From assembly GCA_903847935.1 (NCBI GenBank), contig CAINEX010000133.1:8-64007 (forward strand): a stretch of DNA of 64,000 nucleotides, in the 5' to 3' direction. The position numbers were made by a program, and so were the translations under genes. This DNA comes from an uncultured Spartobacteria bacterium (GTDB lineage: Bacteria > Verrucomicrobiota > Verrucomicrobiia > Chthoniobacterales > UBA6821). Under the pieces are notes generated by a model, which saw only the letters and a program-made list of their open reading frames with translations, was not told the origin of the DNA and did no database searches. Below are positions 50,647 to 61,334 of this stretch, in pieces (position 1 is the stretch's first letter; each line of letters starts with the position of its first letter).

Positions 50647-50878
50647 AAAAATCGGAGAAGTGATTAGAAAACATTCCCGAAGAGGGAAAAACAAGTTCTC
50701 AGAGCCAGCCAGATCGGGATTCTCCCGTGAAAACGTTTGAAGTTCATCGCAAGTCCCATGACTTTCAGGTGCCAGGGGGGAATTTTCGGAGGAATTCATT
50801 CCTATTGACTGGGGCCCAGCTTATTTTTTTGATTTTCCCCTTGTCCATTGTCCCCTGAAGCCCGATTTTCCACTCTTC

Positions 50879-51109
50879 ATGAAAGCCGTTGTCACCGTCA
50901 TGCCGAAACCCGCCATCCTCGACCCTGCCGGTGTGGCCGCCGGTCGAGCTATGGAGCATCTTGGACTCAAGGGAGTGCGTTCCGTCCGAATCGGCAAATC
51001 GATCGAGATCGAAGTCGAGGGAGCCGATGAGAAGCAACTCCACGAGATCTGTCACGATCTCCTCTCCAATCCTGTGGTCGAGGACTACACGCTCAGGATT
51101 CTTTCCTAA
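50879..51109 (+). CDS. purS: Phosphoribosylformylglycinamidine synthase subunit PurS
   Basis: 76 aa. [29 protein letters not shown]... is typical PurS. It precedes purQ and purL. Confidence 0.85.
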   Translation: MKAVVTVMPKPAILDPAGVAAGRAMEHLGLKGVRSVRIGKSIEIEVEGADEKQLHEICHDLLSNPVVEDYTLRILS

Positions 51110-51134
51110 GGTGGCAGGGACGATCTCCACCGTC

Positions 51135-51836
51135 ATGCGTGTCGCAGTCATCCAGTTTCCGGGTTCTAATTGCGATACCGATTGCCAAGCTGCTCTGGCC
51201 TCTTTTCCCGGTGTCTCGGCAGAGATTGTCTGGCACAAGGAGACATCTCTTGCCGGTTATGATGCCATTGTGCTTCCGGGAGGATTCTCCTACGGCGATT
51301 ACCTGCGCTGCGGCTCGATTGCACGTTTTTCACCGATTATGGGAGCCGTCCGCACTGCGGCTGATGCAGGTGTTCTTGTGCTCGGTATTTGCAATGGGTT
51401 CCAGATCCTCTGCGAGGCAGGCCTTCTTCCCGGAACGTTGATGCGAAATAACGGTCTCCTCTTCCGCTGCGAGAGCCTTCACCTTCGTGTCGAGAACACC
51501 GATGCGCCCTTCACCTCCGCTCTTCGCAAGGGACAGGTCCTCGAGATCCCGATCGCCCATGGCGAAGGAAATTATTTTGCCGAACCTGAAATCCTGAAAC
51601 AGCTTGAGGCGAACGGTCAGGTCCTTCTCCGTTACTGCGATGCCTCGGGAAACGTGACGACGGAAGCAAATCCCAACGGCTCCCTGGGTAATATCGCTGG
51701 CATTTGCAGCCACGGCCGCAATGTCTTCGGCCTCATGCCTCATCCTGAGCGCGTCTGTGATCCTATCCTCGGGGGTACCGATGGTCGCGGTTTATTCCAG
51801 TCCATGATCGAGGCCGTCGAAAAGCCGAAAAGCTGA
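51135..51836 (+). CDS. purQ: Phosphoribosylformylglycinamidine synthase glutaminase subunit PurQ
   Basis: The track ORF 50889-51836 has a spurious N-terminal extension over purS. The real start is ATG 51135 ([17 protein letters not shown]). Nucleophile: [10 protein letters not shown]. His/Glu region: MPHPER. Confidence 0.92.
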   Translation: MRVAVIQFPGSNCDTDCQAALASFPGVSAEIVWHKETSLAGYDAIVLPGGFSYGDYLRCGSIARFSPIMGAVRTAADAGVLVLGICNGFQILCEAGLLPGTLMRNNGLLFRCESLHLRVENTDAPFTSALRKGQVLEIPIAHGEGNYFAEPEILKQLEANGQVLLRYCDASGNVTTEANPNGSLGNIAGICSHGRNVFGLMPHPERVCDPILGGTDGRGLFQSMIEAVEKPKS

Positions 51837-51897
51837 AATCAAAGCAAAAGAACCTTTTTTCGTCTTAAATTCCGAAAGAGCTACCAGCCTCATCCTC

Positions 51898-54123
51898 ATG
51901 GCCAATCCCGCGATCACTCCCGAACTCATTGCCAAGCACGGACTCTCCCCCGAGGAGTACGAAAAAGTCCTTTCCATTCTTGGCCGCCAGCCGAGCTTCG
52001 AGGAACTCGGTGTTTTCTCGGTCATGTGGAGCGAGCACTGTTCTTATAAGAATTCTCGTCCCGAACTCCGTAAGTTCCCCACCACCGGTCCCAGTGTCCT
52101 GGTTAAGGCGGGCGAGGAGAACGCCGGAGTCATTGATATCGGAGACGGGTGGGCGGTGGCCTTCAAGATCGAGAGTCACAATCACCCTAGCGCCGTCGAG
52201 CCTTTTCAGGGAGCGGCTACGGGTGTTGGAGGCATCATCCGCGACATCTTCACCATGGGGGCCCGTCCGGTGTTCCTCATGGATTCGCTCCGCTTCGGAT
52301 CCATCGAAGGGGACAGCGATCAGGCCAAGACCAACCGCCGACTCTTTGCTGGTGTGGTCGCTGGTATCGCCCACTACGGTAACTGCATCGGTCTGCCCAC
52401 GATTGCCGGCGAGGTTTATTTCGATGAAAGTTACAGTGGTAATCCCCTGGTGAACGCCTTCTGCCTGGGTATTCTACGCCATGAGCAGATCGCACGAGGT
52501 GCTGCTGAGGGTATTGGTAATCCTGTCTTCTATGTCGGTGCCGAGACGGGTAGGGATGGGCTTGCCGGTGCCGCCTTCGCTTCCCGCGAGTTGACGGAGG
52601 AATCTAAGGCGGATCGTCCCGCCGTTCAGGTCGGTGACCCATTCCGCGAAAAGCTTCTTCTTGAGGCCTGCCTGGAGCTTCTTGCCACGGATTGCGTCGC
52701 GGGCATTCAGGACATGGGGGCAGCCGGTCTCACCTGTTCCACTTGCGAAACGGCCAGTCGTGGAGGCACCGGTGTCGAGATCGACATTCAACTCGTCCCT
52801 CAGCGAGCCAAGGGGCAGACTCCTTACGAAGTTCTTCTGAGCGAGTCGCAGGAGCGCATGCTGGTGATCGTCAAGAAGGGGCGGGAGGAAACGGTCAAGC
52901 AGATCTTCGAGAAGTGGGATCTCCCCTATGCGGAGATCGGCGTCGTAACTGATGACGGCCAAATGCGTGTGCGCAACGGAGATGAGATTGTTGTCGACGT
53001 TCCCGCCCGCGCCCTCGCTGATGACGGCCCGCTTTACAGCCGTGAGGCGGCACCCTTTACCCCGCCTGCCCCGCTTGATTTGGCATCTGTTCCTCCGGTT
53101 GATCCGCTGAAAGCCCTACCAACACTCCTTGCCCATCCCAGTATCGCCAGCAAACGTTGGGTCTGGCGCCAGTATGACCACATGGTCCGTACCGGAACAG
53201 CTGTCCTTCCCGGATCCGATGCAGCCGTCTTCGTCGTTCGCGAAGCCAACAAGATACTTGCCGCCTCCACAGATTGTAACGCCATTTACTGCAAGCTGGA
53301 TCCTTCGGTCGGATCCCGCATTGCAGTGGCCGAGTGTGCCCGCAACCTTGCCTGCTCTGGTGCCGTGCCCATAGGCGTCACCGATAACCTAAACTTTGGC
53401 AATCCCCACAAGCCAGAGAACTTTTACCAGCTTCGAGCGGCCGTGGAGGGAATCTCCGAGGGATGTCGCGCCTTCAACGTCCCCGTTACAGGTGGCAACG
53501 TCAGTCTCTATAATGAGAGTCCCGCTGGCGCGATCGATCCGACTCCGACCATCTCGATGGTGGGCCGCATCGATGATGCCGCGCATATCACGACCCAGGC
53601 TTTCAAGGGGCAGGGGGATCAGATCATCCTTATTGGTGATATCGGTTCTGAGCTTGGTGGCTCCCACTATCTCCTTGCGATCCATGGACGGAAGGAGGGT
53701 GCTCCGCCAGTCCTCGATTTTGAAAAGGAAATTGCCATTCACAACGCCCTGCTAGGCATCATCCGAAAGGGACTTGTCCGCAGTGCGCATGATTGTTCCG
53801 AGGGCGGACTTGCTGTTGCTCTTGCCGAAAGTTGCTTTGGCACCGGGTTCGGGGCCTCCATTGATCTTGGAGAGACCGGTCAGAGGGCGGATGTGGATCT
53901 CTTCAATGAGTCTCAAGGCAGGATCGTTATCTCGGTTTCTTCCACTGATAGAAGCCAAGTTGAGTCCGAGTTGACCAGCAGTGGCGTTCCCCACCGTTTC
54001 ATCGGTACCGTTACTGCGGTTCCTGATCTCTCGATCACAACTGGACCCTCGGTCTACATCTGGCCCGTCTCGAATTTGAATGAAATCTTTGAGAATACCA
54101 TTCCCTCCTTGATGGAGTACTAA
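51898..54123 (+). CDS. purL: Phosphoribosylformylglycinamidine synthase subunit PurL (small PurL)
   Basis: 741 aa. Motifs: [34 protein letters not shown] and the duplicated AIR-synthase-like domains. Confidence 0.95.
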   Translation: MANPAITPELIAKHGLSPEEYEKVLSILGRQPSFEELGVFSVMWSEHCSYKNSRPELRKFPTTGPSVLVKAGEENAGVIDIGDGWAVAFKIESHNHPSAVEPFQGAATGVGGIIRDIFTMGARPVFLMDSLRFGSIEGDSDQAKTNRRLFAGVVAGIAHYGNCIGLPTIAGEVYFDESYSGNPLVNAFCLGILRHEQIARGAAEGIGNPVFYVGAETGRDGLAGAAFASRELTEESKADRPAVQVGDPFREKLLLEACLELLATDCVAGIQDMGAAGLTCSTCETASRGGTGVEIDIQLVPQRAKGQTPYEVLLSESQERMLVIVKKGREETVKQIFEKWDLPYAEIGVVTDDGQMRVRNGDEIVVDVPARALADDGPLYSREAAPFTPPAPLDLASVPPVDPLKALPTLLAHPSIASKRWVWRQYDHMVRTGTAVLPGSDAAVFVVREANKILAASTDCNAIYCKLDPSVGSRIAVAECARNLACSGAVPIGVTDNLNFGNPHKPENFYQLRAAVEGISEGCRAFNVPVTGGNVSLYNESPAGAIDPTPTISMVGRIDDAAHITTQAFKGQGDQIILIGDIGSELGGSHYLLAIHGRKEGAPPVLDFEKEIAIHNALLGIIRKGLVRSAHDCSEGGLAVALAESCFGTGFGASIDLGETGQRADVDLFNESQGRIVISVSSTDRSQVESELTSSGVPHRFIGTVTAVPDLSITTGPSVYIWPVSNLNEIFENTIPSLMEY

Positions 54124-54342
54124 TTGGTCGGCGGGAGTGACCGGAGCAAGGGGGCTTTTCATCGAGTTCCCTGAGATGAGTTGCCAGTAGGTAAGGTCTA
54201 TGGCATTTTGGTGTTCATGAAAAAAAGTCGCCTCAAGCGCTTGAGAAGTTCTTTTGAAGCGGCCTTTTTCTCCTCATTTTTTAATTGGGGTGACGTCTTG
54301 ATGCGTTAATGACGAGCGATCCAACAATAAATCCATTCACCC

Positions 54343-55914
54343 ATGATTCAGGAAGCCGACATCAAACCCGATAAGGTTCTGATCTTTGACACCACCCTGC
54401 GTGATGGAGAGCAGTGCCCCGGCGCCTCGATGAATCTCCGAGAAAAACTTGAGATCGCCCGGCAACTTGCACGCCTGAACGTGGATATTATCGAGGCGGG
54501 ATTTCCCGTGATCAGCGACGGAGACTTTGAAGCCGTGCAGACGATCGCCCTGGAGGTCAGAGGCCCGGTGATTGCCGGCCTTGCCCGCTGTGTTCCGAAA
54601 GATATCGAAGCCGCTGGTCGTGCCCTTCTACCGGCTGGTGAGCGAGCCCGTATCCATGTCTTCCTCGCGACATCCAAGATCCATCGGGAGCATAAACTCA
54701 AGAAAGCCAATGAGGAGATTCTCCGGTTGGCAGTCGAGGGTGTGCGGCAGGCCAAGTCGATGACAGCCGATGTCGAGTTCTCCCCAGAGGATGCCTCCCG
54801 CACCGAGCCGGAGTTTCTTGCCGAGGTCGTTCAGGCTGCGATCGAGGCTGGCGCTACCACGGTCAATATTCCCGATACCGTTGGCTATGCCATGCCCGGC
54901 CAGTATGCCGATCTGATCGGCTATCTCCGCAAGCATGTCCGCGATATCAAGAAAGCGGTGATTAGTGTCCACTGTCACGATGATCTTGGCATGGCGGTCG
55001 CTAACTCGCTTGCCGCCGTACAGGCCGGGGCTCGTCAGGTGGAGGGCACTTTCAACGGCATCGGGGAGCGCGCCGGAAATGCCGCTCTTGAAGAAGTCGT
55101 CATGGCTATCAAGACACGCCCTGATGTCTTTGCGGGACTCTCCACGGGAATCGTCACAAAGGAGATTCTGAAGACTTCTCGCCTGATCAGCCGGCTCAGC
55201 GGACTTCAGGTCGCCCGTAGTAAAGCCATCATCGGCGAGAACGCATTTGCCCATGGATCTGGCATTCATCAGGATGGCATCCTGAAGATGAGGGAGACAT
55301 ATGAAATCATGGATCCCCGCGACGTGGGTTGGGGCGGTACTGACCTTCCACTCACCAAGCACAGCGGTCGCCATGCCATGGTGGCCCGCCTTGAGCAGTT
55401 GGGACTTACCCTCACGGAGGCGGAGATTGTGCCGATCTTCTCCAGGTTCAAGGAGCTTGGGGATAAGAAAAAATTCGTTTACGACGACGATCTGGTTGCC
55501 CTCGCTGGAGATGCTGTCGCCGGTGAGACCGGTGCCTATGCACTGGAATCGCTGCAGGTTGTCTGTGGTGGGAGCACTGTTCCAGCAGCCACCGTGAAAC
55601 TGCGTCATGGAGGAGAGATTATTGAGGAATCGAGTCCCGGTAACGGGGCCGTCGATGCCGCCATGAAGGCGATCGACCGGATTGTGAAGAAGACCGGTCA
55701 CCTTGCTGTATACCTCGTCGAGGCCGTTACCGAGGGACAGGATGCGCTTGGTGAGGTCACACTCAAGGTTGACTTCGGAGATGGAAGGCTGATCACTGGT
55801 AAAGGGGCATCCACCGACGTCATTGAGGCCTCTGCCCGAGCCTACGTGAATGCAATCAACCGCGTGCTTCTCATGCAGCAAGCTTCACCGGGCGTCCAGG
55901 TGCCCCGAGTCTGA
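54343..55914 (+). CDS. leuA: 2-isopropylmalate synthase
   Basis: 523 aa. Motifs: IFDTTLRDGEQCPG, HCHDDLGMAVANSLAAV and GIGERAGNAALEE. The C-terminal LeuA dimerisation/regulatory domain is present. Confidence 0.93.
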   Translation: MIQEADIKPDKVLIFDTTLRDGEQCPGASMNLREKLEIARQLARLNVDIIEAGFPVISDGDFEAVQTIALEVRGPVIAGLARCVPKDIEAAGRALLPAGERARIHVFLATSKIHREHKLKKANEEILRLAVEGVRQAKSMTADVEFSPEDASRTEPEFLAEVVQAAIEAGATTVNIPDTVGYAMPGQYADLIGYLRKHVRDIKKAVISVHCHDDLGMAVANSLAAVQAGARQVEGTFNGIGERAGNAALEEVVMAIKTRPDVFAGLSTGIVTKEILKTSRLISRLSGLQVARSKAIIGENAFAHGSGIHQDGILKMRETYEIMDPRDVGWGGTDLPLTKHSGRHAMVARLEQLGLTLTEAEIVPIFSRFKELGDKKKFVYDDDLVALAGDAVAGETGAYALESLQVVCGGSTVPAATVKLRHGGEIIEESSPGNGAVDAAMKAIDRIVKKTGHLAVYLVEAVTEGQDALGEVTLKVDFGDGRLITGKGASTDVIEASARAYVNAINRVLLMQQASPGVQVPRV

Positions 55915-55983
55915 AACCTGAAATCAGAATTGTTTTTCCATTCCTTAAAACCTATTCCCAAAGAATCCCCAGCCCATCATACC

Positions 55984-56601
55984 ATGAACAAAACACTCCT
56001 CATTATCCTCGGTGTCATCCTTATTTTGATTCTCTCAGCCGTTGGCAGCTACAACGGCCTCGTTGTCAACTCGCAGGCTGTTGATGCTTCCTGGGCCCAA
56101 GTTCAGAATGTCTATCAGCGCCGTGCAGATCTTATCCCAAACCTTGTGCAGACCGTCCAAGGTGCAGCGAATTTCGAGAAATCGACGATCGTGCAGGTCA
56201 CCGAGGCACGAGCCTCTGTTGGAAAAGTGAACATCAACCAGAATCAGGCCCCCACCGATCCGGCCCAGTTGGCCCAGTTCCAGCAGGCTCAGGGACAGCT
56301 CGGTTCCGCACTCTCCAGGCTCCTTGTAGTGGCGGAGAACTATCCAGATCTCAAGGCAACCGCCAACTTCCGCGATCTCCAATCGCAGCTTGAGGGAACC
56401 GAAAACCGTATCACGGTGGAGCGTGGAAGGTTCAATGCCGCCGTTCAGGCCTACAACACGAAGATCCGCACACTTCCGACCGTTTTCTTTGCCGGGCTGC
56501 TTGGTTTTCAGCAGAAACCATATTTTCAGGCGACAGCCGGAGCAGAAACTGCTCCTGCTGTGAAATTCGATTTCGGTGCGGCTCCGACTCCGGCGAAATA
56601 A
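55984..56601 (+). CDS. lemA: LemA family membrane protein
   Basis: The track ORF is 55930-56601 (TTG); the start is ATG 55984 (MNKTLLIILGVILILILSAVGSYNGLV). Motifs: WAQVQNVYQRRADLIPNLV and AENYPDLKA. Confidence 0.85.
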   Translation: MNKTLLIILGVILILILSAVGSYNGLVVNSQAVDASWAQVQNVYQRRADLIPNLVQTVQGAANFEKSTIVQVTEARASVGKVNINQNQAPTDPAQLAQFQQAQGQLGSALSRLLVVAENYPDLKATANFRDLQSQLEGTENRITVERGRFNAAVQAYNTKIRTLPTVFFAGLLGFQQKPYFQATAGAETAPAVKFDFGAAPTPAK

Positions 56602-56620
56602 CGCTTCTTACTGACCCCCG

Positions 56621-57388
56621 ATGTTGAAGCATTCGCTACTTGCTCTACTTCTCTTTTTGGGGATCGGTGGAGAGATGATATTGGCGGATGCGTTGCCTCC
56701 AGCCCCGGAGCAATATGTGACCGATGAGGCTGGGGTAATTACCCCGACTCTGGTGACTCAGCTCAATGAGAGACTCTCTGCTTTTGAGAAGCAGACTTCG
56801 AACCAACTTGTTGCGGTGGTGTTACAGAAACTGCCCGAGGGTTACTCCATTGATCAGTACGCTCAGCAACTTTACTCGGCGTGGCATATCGGGCAGAAAA
56901 AAACCTCGAATGGAGTTCTAATACTGATCTCGGTCCAGGAGCACAAAGGGTGGATCCAGACAGGTTACGGCCTCGAGGGAGCAATGCCGGATGCACTCTG
57001 TAGCAGGATCGTTCGCGAGACGATGGCACCCGCGTTTCGTACAGGAAACTATGGAGCCGGATTAGCAGCGGGAATCTCAGCGGTTATTCAGGCGACCAAG
57101 GGTGAGTACAAGGGAACGGGCCACGCTCACGGGAAACCGACCACCTGGAAGGATTTTCTTTTTTCCCCCGTGGGTTTTTTCCTGCTCGTCATGCTGGTAC
57201 TGATTATCACCGGGCGTAACCGCCGTGATGTCGGCTCCGGAGGTCCGGGCATCGGAACGGCTGCCGCCACGGGCTTCTTTATTGGGGGAATGGGAGGTGG
57301 ATTCGGTGGCGGTGGAGGAGGGGGTTCTGGAGGTTTCTCCGGAGGTGGAGGAGACAGTGGCGGCGGTGGAGGAGGGGGGGATTGGTAA
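56621..57388 (+). CDS. TPM-domain (YgcG-like) protein with C-terminal TM and Gly-rich tail
   Basis: 255 aa with a signal peptide. TPM core: YVTDEAGVI...TSNQLVAVVL...NGVLILIS...IQTGYGLEG. A TM follows, then GGGFGGGGGGGSGGFSGGGGDSGGGGGGGDW. Confidence 0.8.
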   Translation: MLKHSLLALLLFLGIGGEMILADALPPAPEQYVTDEAGVITPTLVTQLNERLSAFEKQTSNQLVAVVLQKLPEGYSIDQYAQQLYSAWHIGQKKTSNGVLILISVQEHKGWIQTGYGLEGAMPDALCSRIVRETMAPAFRTGNYGAGLAAGISAVIQATKGEYKGTGHAHGKPTTWKDFLFSPVGFFLLVMLVLIITGRNRRDVGSGGPGIGTAAATGFFIGGMGGGFGGGGGGGSGGFSGGGGDSGGGGGGGDW

Positions 57389-57392
57389 GCCC

Positions 57393-58127
57393 ATGAGCAC
57401 CTCCTTTTTCAAATCAAAAAAATTTGAGGAGCGCCGTCATTTGATCGGTGGAATCGCCCTGCTCAGCATGCTCTTCTTTGGTAATTACATGCCGATCATC
57501 GTCACCCTGTTGTTATTACTAGGTGTGGCACTGATGGCAATTTACACTTTTTCAGGTTTTCGAACTGCAGTGCTCATTTCAGTTGCAGCCTTTTTCTTGG
57601 AATTTACCATCTTGTACTTAAGGCATTACACGACATTTAACGGAGTTGTGATCAACCTCTGGGAGTCCTTGGAACTATCACTTGTAACGAGTCTCTTCTT
57701 CTCAATGCTCTTCGGGGCTTTTGTATGGGTTCGTGCCCTCCTCCGCAGAAAACGTGCGGGATTCGACGAGGTGGTCGGAGCGTTCAATCTCTATATCTGG
57801 ATTGCCGTGATCTACGCCTGTCTCTACACGTTTGTATCCAAAGAGGATTTGAAAGCCTTCCATCTCGACGATCAACTAGTCAAGGGGATGGACATGAAGG
57901 ACTGGATGAAAAACTTCAATGACCTTTTCTATTTTAGTTTCTGCACGCAGACGACCCTTGGTTACGGGGACATCGTACCCGTTTCCCACTTTGCAAGAGC
58001 ACTTGCAGTCACCCAAGCCATGATCGGACAGTTCTATGTTGCCGTGGTGTTGACCTATATCCTTAATCTTTGGATTCAGAACCTTGGCAAACAGGTGATC
58101 AAAGCCCCCGATGTCAAATCTGATTAA
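57393..58127 (+). CDS. Potassium channel (pore-loop family, canonical TTLGYGD filter), no cytosolic gating domain
   Basis: The track ORF 57225-58127 overlaps the TPM Gly-rich tail; the real start is ATG 57393, 4 nt after the TPM stop. Pore: LFYFSFCTQTTLGYGDIVP, flanked by outer and inner helices, with about 4 additional N-terminal TMs. Confidence 0.75.
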   Translation: MSTSFFKSKKFEERRHLIGGIALLSMLFFGNYMPIIVTLLLLLGVALMAIYTFSGFRTAVLISVAAFFLEFTILYLRHYTTFNGVVINLWESLELSLVTSLFFSMLFGAFVWVRALLRRKRAGFDEVVGAFNLYIWIAVIYACLYTFVSKEDLKAFHLDDQLVKGMDMKDWMKNFNDLFYFSFCTQTTLGYGDIVPVSHFARALAVTQAMIGQFYVAVVLTYILNLWIQNLGKQVIKAPDVKSD

Positions 58128-58300
58128 TCCTTGAATGAGCATTTCGTAGTGCCTGTTAAAAAGGTGAAAAAAGAGGCTGTCAACAAAGGGAATGATAAGT
58201 TTTCCCCTCCCATTAAAGAGGGAATACCCTGGTTAAGTTACCAAGGGAATGGACTTGAGTCAGAGTGTCTGTAAAGTAATGCCTCACCATCATTTTTCAC

Positions 58301-58900
58301 ATGATCAAGATACCCGAACCCTTTCATCAGATCGCCCCGAATCCCTGGCATGATGTGCCCGTCGGCGAGGGGTCGGTAAGGGGGATCTTCCCAGCGATAG
58401 TCGAGATACCCATGGGTAGCTCTAATAAGTATGAGTTGGACAAGGAGACGGGGCTCTTGAAACTCGATCGTGTTCTTTACTCGGCGGTCTATTATCCCGC
58501 AAATTATGGATTCATTCCCCGCACGCTTGCTGATGACGGGGATCCTCTCGACGTTCTTGTGCTGGGTGCAGAACCAGTCTATCCGCTGACACTCGTTGTT
58601 GCCCGCGCAATCGGTCTGATGGTGATGAAGGACCAGGATGAACTCGATCATAAGGTTATTGCCGTCCATGTAAACGATCCAGAGTACAGTAGTTACACGG
58701 ATGTGCATCAGTTGCCTCCTCATCGGCTCGCGGTACTGAAGCGCTTCTTTGAAGATTACAAGACGCTGGAGAAGAAATCGGTCATCGTGGACGAGATTCT
58801 CTCCGCTGAAAAAGCCCTTCCTGTCATTGATGAGGCGCTTGGTAACTACAAGACCTGGCGAGAAGGAGGGGAAGTGATCCTTAACAAGCCTACGGTTTGA
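58301..58900 (+). CDS. ppa: Soluble inorganic pyrophosphatase (family I)
   Basis: 199 aa. Motifs: VEIPMGSSNKYELDKETG, YPANYGFIPRTLADDGDPLDVLVL and DHKVIAV. Confidence 0.93.
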   Translation: MIKIPEPFHQIAPNPWHDVPVGEGSVRGIFPAIVEIPMGSSNKYELDKETGLLKLDRVLYSAVYYPANYGFIPRTLADDGDPLDVLVLGAEPVYPLTLVVARAIGLMVMKDQDELDHKVIAVHVNDPEYSSYTDVHQLPPHRLAVLKRFFEDYKTLEKKSVIVDEILSAEKALPVIDEALGNYKTWREGGEVILNKPTV

Positions 58901-59078
58901 TTTTTCACTCCTCACCCAGAGGAGTCAGGTCGGTCAGAAGTTGGGTCGTTTCCAGACTCCATCGTTATCACTGGTGCATCGCTGGACATAAGGGGTGATT
59001 TCCCCTAAATCTGGTGGACACGCGGATTCCCCCTTTCTTGGATGAAATTCAAGGGCTGGCGCCCCCTTCATCCGTGAA

Positions 59079-61334
59079 GTGATGTCCAATCACCAAACAA
59101 TCATGGAACACCTTATTTATCTCCTACCCGTTTTAGGACTAGTGGCGCTGGTCTATCGTACGATCCTTTCAAACTGGGTCATCAAACAGGACGCCGGTGA
59201 TGCGAAAATGACCGGCATTGCCAGTTATATTGCCGAGGGTGCGATGGCCTTCCTCAAGGCTGAATACAGGATCCTTGGCGTTTATGTCGTGGTTGCCGGT
59301 ATGGCACTTGGCCTTCTCTCTCAGGTTCCCAAGGTGGCCGCCCACTCAAGCATCTTGATTGTCGTGGGGTTTGTGGTTGGGTGCTTTTTCTCCGCCCTTG
59401 CAGGCTTCCTGGGAATGAAAATCGCCACCCAGGCGAATGTCCGCACCACTCAGGCCGCTAAGACGTCTCTTGCAAAAGCCCTGAAGGTCTCATTCAGCGG
59501 GGGTGCGGTGATGGGACTCGGTGTGGCCGGGTTGGCCGTACTGGGATTAAGTTCCCTCTTCATCCTCTTCTTTTTTCAGTTAATGGGGAGTAATTTCTCA
59601 ACCGGCGGAGGATATGACGGGATGACCAGAGTTCTTGAGGTGCTGGCAGGTTTCTCTCTTGGCGCAGAATCCATAGCCCTCTTTGCACGCGTTGGAGGCG
59701 GTATCTATACCAAAGCAGCCGACGTCGGCGCCGATCTTGTTGGAAAGGTGGAGGCCGGAATCCCCGAGGACGATCCGCGTAATCCGGCAACGATTGCCGA
59801 TAACGTCGGTGACAATGTTGGCGATGTGGCTGGAATGGGTGCCGACCTCTTTGGTTCTTATGTGGCCACCGTGCTTGCTTCCATGGTTCTTGGTAACTAC
59901 ATCATCCGTGATAATGGCGGGGCGATCGCCGATGCGTTCGGGGGGCTCGGACCTATCCTCCTTCCCATGGCCATCGCTGGGATTGGGATCATTGCCTCCA
60001 TCATCGGCACCCGGTTCGTCGGGATTTCCGAAAGTGCTCCAGCCACTACGAAGACCGTTCAGAGAGCTCTGAACAGAGGCAACAACCTCTCGATGCTGAT
60101 CGCTCTGGCTGCCTCGTTCGGCCTGATCAAATTGATGCTCCCCGGATCCATCAAGATGCACGTCTTCAACTCGGGGGCATTCAGTGACATGACAACGTCG
60201 TCGCTGAATGTCTTCTGGGCCGTCTGCATCGGCATGTTTGTCGGGTACATGATCTCCTTCATCACCGAGCATTTCACGGGGCTTGAGGGAAAGCCTGTTG
60301 CCGGTATTGTTCAGAAATCCGCCACAGGCGCTGCCACCAATATCATTGCCGGTCTGGGAACCGGCATGTACTCCACAGCCTACCCCGTACTGCTGTTCGC
60401 CGGAGCAATCTGGGGGGCTTACTCACTCGCGGGATTTTATGGCGTCGGGATCGCCGCTTCGGCCATGATGGCCACCACGGCCATGCAGTTGGCCATCGAT
60501 GCCTTCGGACCGATCGCTGACAACGCGGGTGGCATCGCCGAGATGAGTGAACTGCCCAAGGAAGTCCGTGAAAAGACAGACATTCTGGACTGCGTGGGTA
60601 ACACCACAGCCGCCGTCGGCAAGGGGTTTGCCATAGCCTCCGCAGCCCTGACCGCCTTGGCTCTCTTTGCAGCCTATGTGACACTGACTGGAATCCACGG
60701 CATCAACATCTTCGACGCCAAGGTTCTCGCTGCTCTTTTCATCGGAGGAATGATCCCGGTGGTCTTCTCCGCATTGGCCATGAACAGCGTCGGCAAGGCG
60801 GCCATGGATATGGTGAACGAGGTGCGCCGTCAGTTCCGTGAGATTCCAGGCATCCTAGAGGGAACCGGAAAGCCCGAGTACGGGAAGTGTGTTGAGATTT
60901 CCACACGGGCGGCCCTTCGAGAGATGCTGGCTCCGGGCGTCATCACTCTCGTGACCCCGATCATCATCGGCATTGTGATGGGCCCCGAATCACTCGGAGC
61001 CTACATGGCTGGCGTTACCGTCAGCGGAGTTCTGTGGGCTATCTTTCAGAACAATGCCGGAGGCGCCTGGGACAATGCCAAGAAGTCCTTTGAACAGGGT
61101 GTTGAGATTGAGGTTAATGGGAAGAAGGAGACATTCTACAAGAAGTCTGAGCCTCATAAGGCCGCTGTTGTCGGGGACACGGTCGGTGATCCCTTCAAGG
61201 ATACTTCCGGTCCCTCCATGAATATCCTCATCAAACTTTCCTCATTGGTCGGCCTCACGATTGCCCCTCTCATCGCGGTGAATGGCCATGAAGCAACATC
61301 ATTCATCAACTGGATCAAGAGCTTTTTCGTTTGA
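59079..61334 (+). CDS. hppA: Membrane-bound ion-translocating pyrophosphatase, K+-dependent-type signature
   Basis: 751 aa with a GTG start per the track (ATG at 59082). Motifs: [59 protein letters not shown] and [15 protein letters not shown]. Confidence 0.95.
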   Translation: MMSNHQTIMEHLIYLLPVLGLVALVYRTILSNWVIKQDAGDAKMTGIASYIAEGAMAFLKAEYRILGVYVVVAGMALGLLSQVPKVAAHSSILIVVGFVVGCFFSALAGFLGMKIATQANVRTTQAAKTSLAKALKVSFSGGAVMGLGVAGLAVLGLSSLFILFFFQLMGSNFSTGGGYDGMTRVLEVLAGFSLGAESIALFARVGGGIYTKAADVGADLVGKVEAGIPEDDPRNPATIADNVGDNVGDVAGMGADLFGSYVATVLASMVLGNYIIRDNGGAIADAFGGLGPILLPMAIAGIGIIASIIGTRFVGISESAPATTKTVQRALNRGNNLSMLIALAASFGLIKLMLPGSIKMHVFNSGAFSDMTTSSLNVFWAVCIGMFVGYMISFITEHFTGLEGKPVAGIVQKSATGAATNIIAGLGTGMYSTAYPVLLFAGAIWGAYSLAGFYGVGIAASAMMATTAMQLAIDAFGPIADNAGGIAEMSELPKEVREKTDILDCVGNTTAAVGKGFAIASAALTALALFAAYVTLTGIHGINIFDAKVLAALFIGGMIPVVFSALAMNSVGKAAMDMVNEVRRQFREIPGILEGTGKPEYGKCVEISTRAALREMLAPGVITLVTPIIIGIVMGPESLGAYMAGVTVSGVLWAIFQNNAGGAWDNAKKSFEQGVEIEVNGKKETFYKKSEPHKAAVVGDTVGDPFKDTSGPSMNILIKLSSLVGLTIAPLIAVNGHEATSFINWIKSFFV

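Noticed and set aside
50889-51134. N-terminal 82-codon extension of the purQ ORF in the track
   Set aside because: It overlaps purS in another frame with Ser/Arg/Pro-rich nonsense. PurQ homology begins at [14 protein letters not shown] (ATG 51135). The same logic was applied to the extensions at 57225, 38001, 34572, 30490, 42841, 41807-42925, 47986-50799 and 5111.
54217-54309. 30-codon ORF (MKKSRLKRLRSSFEAAFFSSFFNWGDVLMR) and 14-nt perfect palindrome CTCAAGCGCTTGAG (54232-54245) upstream of leuA as a leucine leader/attenuator
   Set aside because: It has only 3-4 Leu codons, no Leu run, and no obvious alternative terminator/antiterminator pairing. The palindrome may be an operator or a weak purL terminator, but I cannot support either.
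54628-55881. 417-aa ORF on the minus strand
   Set aside because: It is entirely antisense to leuA, whose motifs are unambiguous. The translation is Gly/Arg/Leu/Asp-rich with no recognisable domain, which is typical of a stop-poor antisense frame in GC-rich coding DNA.
58238-58915. 225-aa minus-strand ORF
   Set aside because: It is exactly antisense to ppa, whose family I pyrophosphatase motifs are clear on the plus strand.
59598-60272. 224-aa minus-strand ORF inside hppA
   Set aside because: It is antisense to the membrane pyrophosphatase and has no supporting signal.
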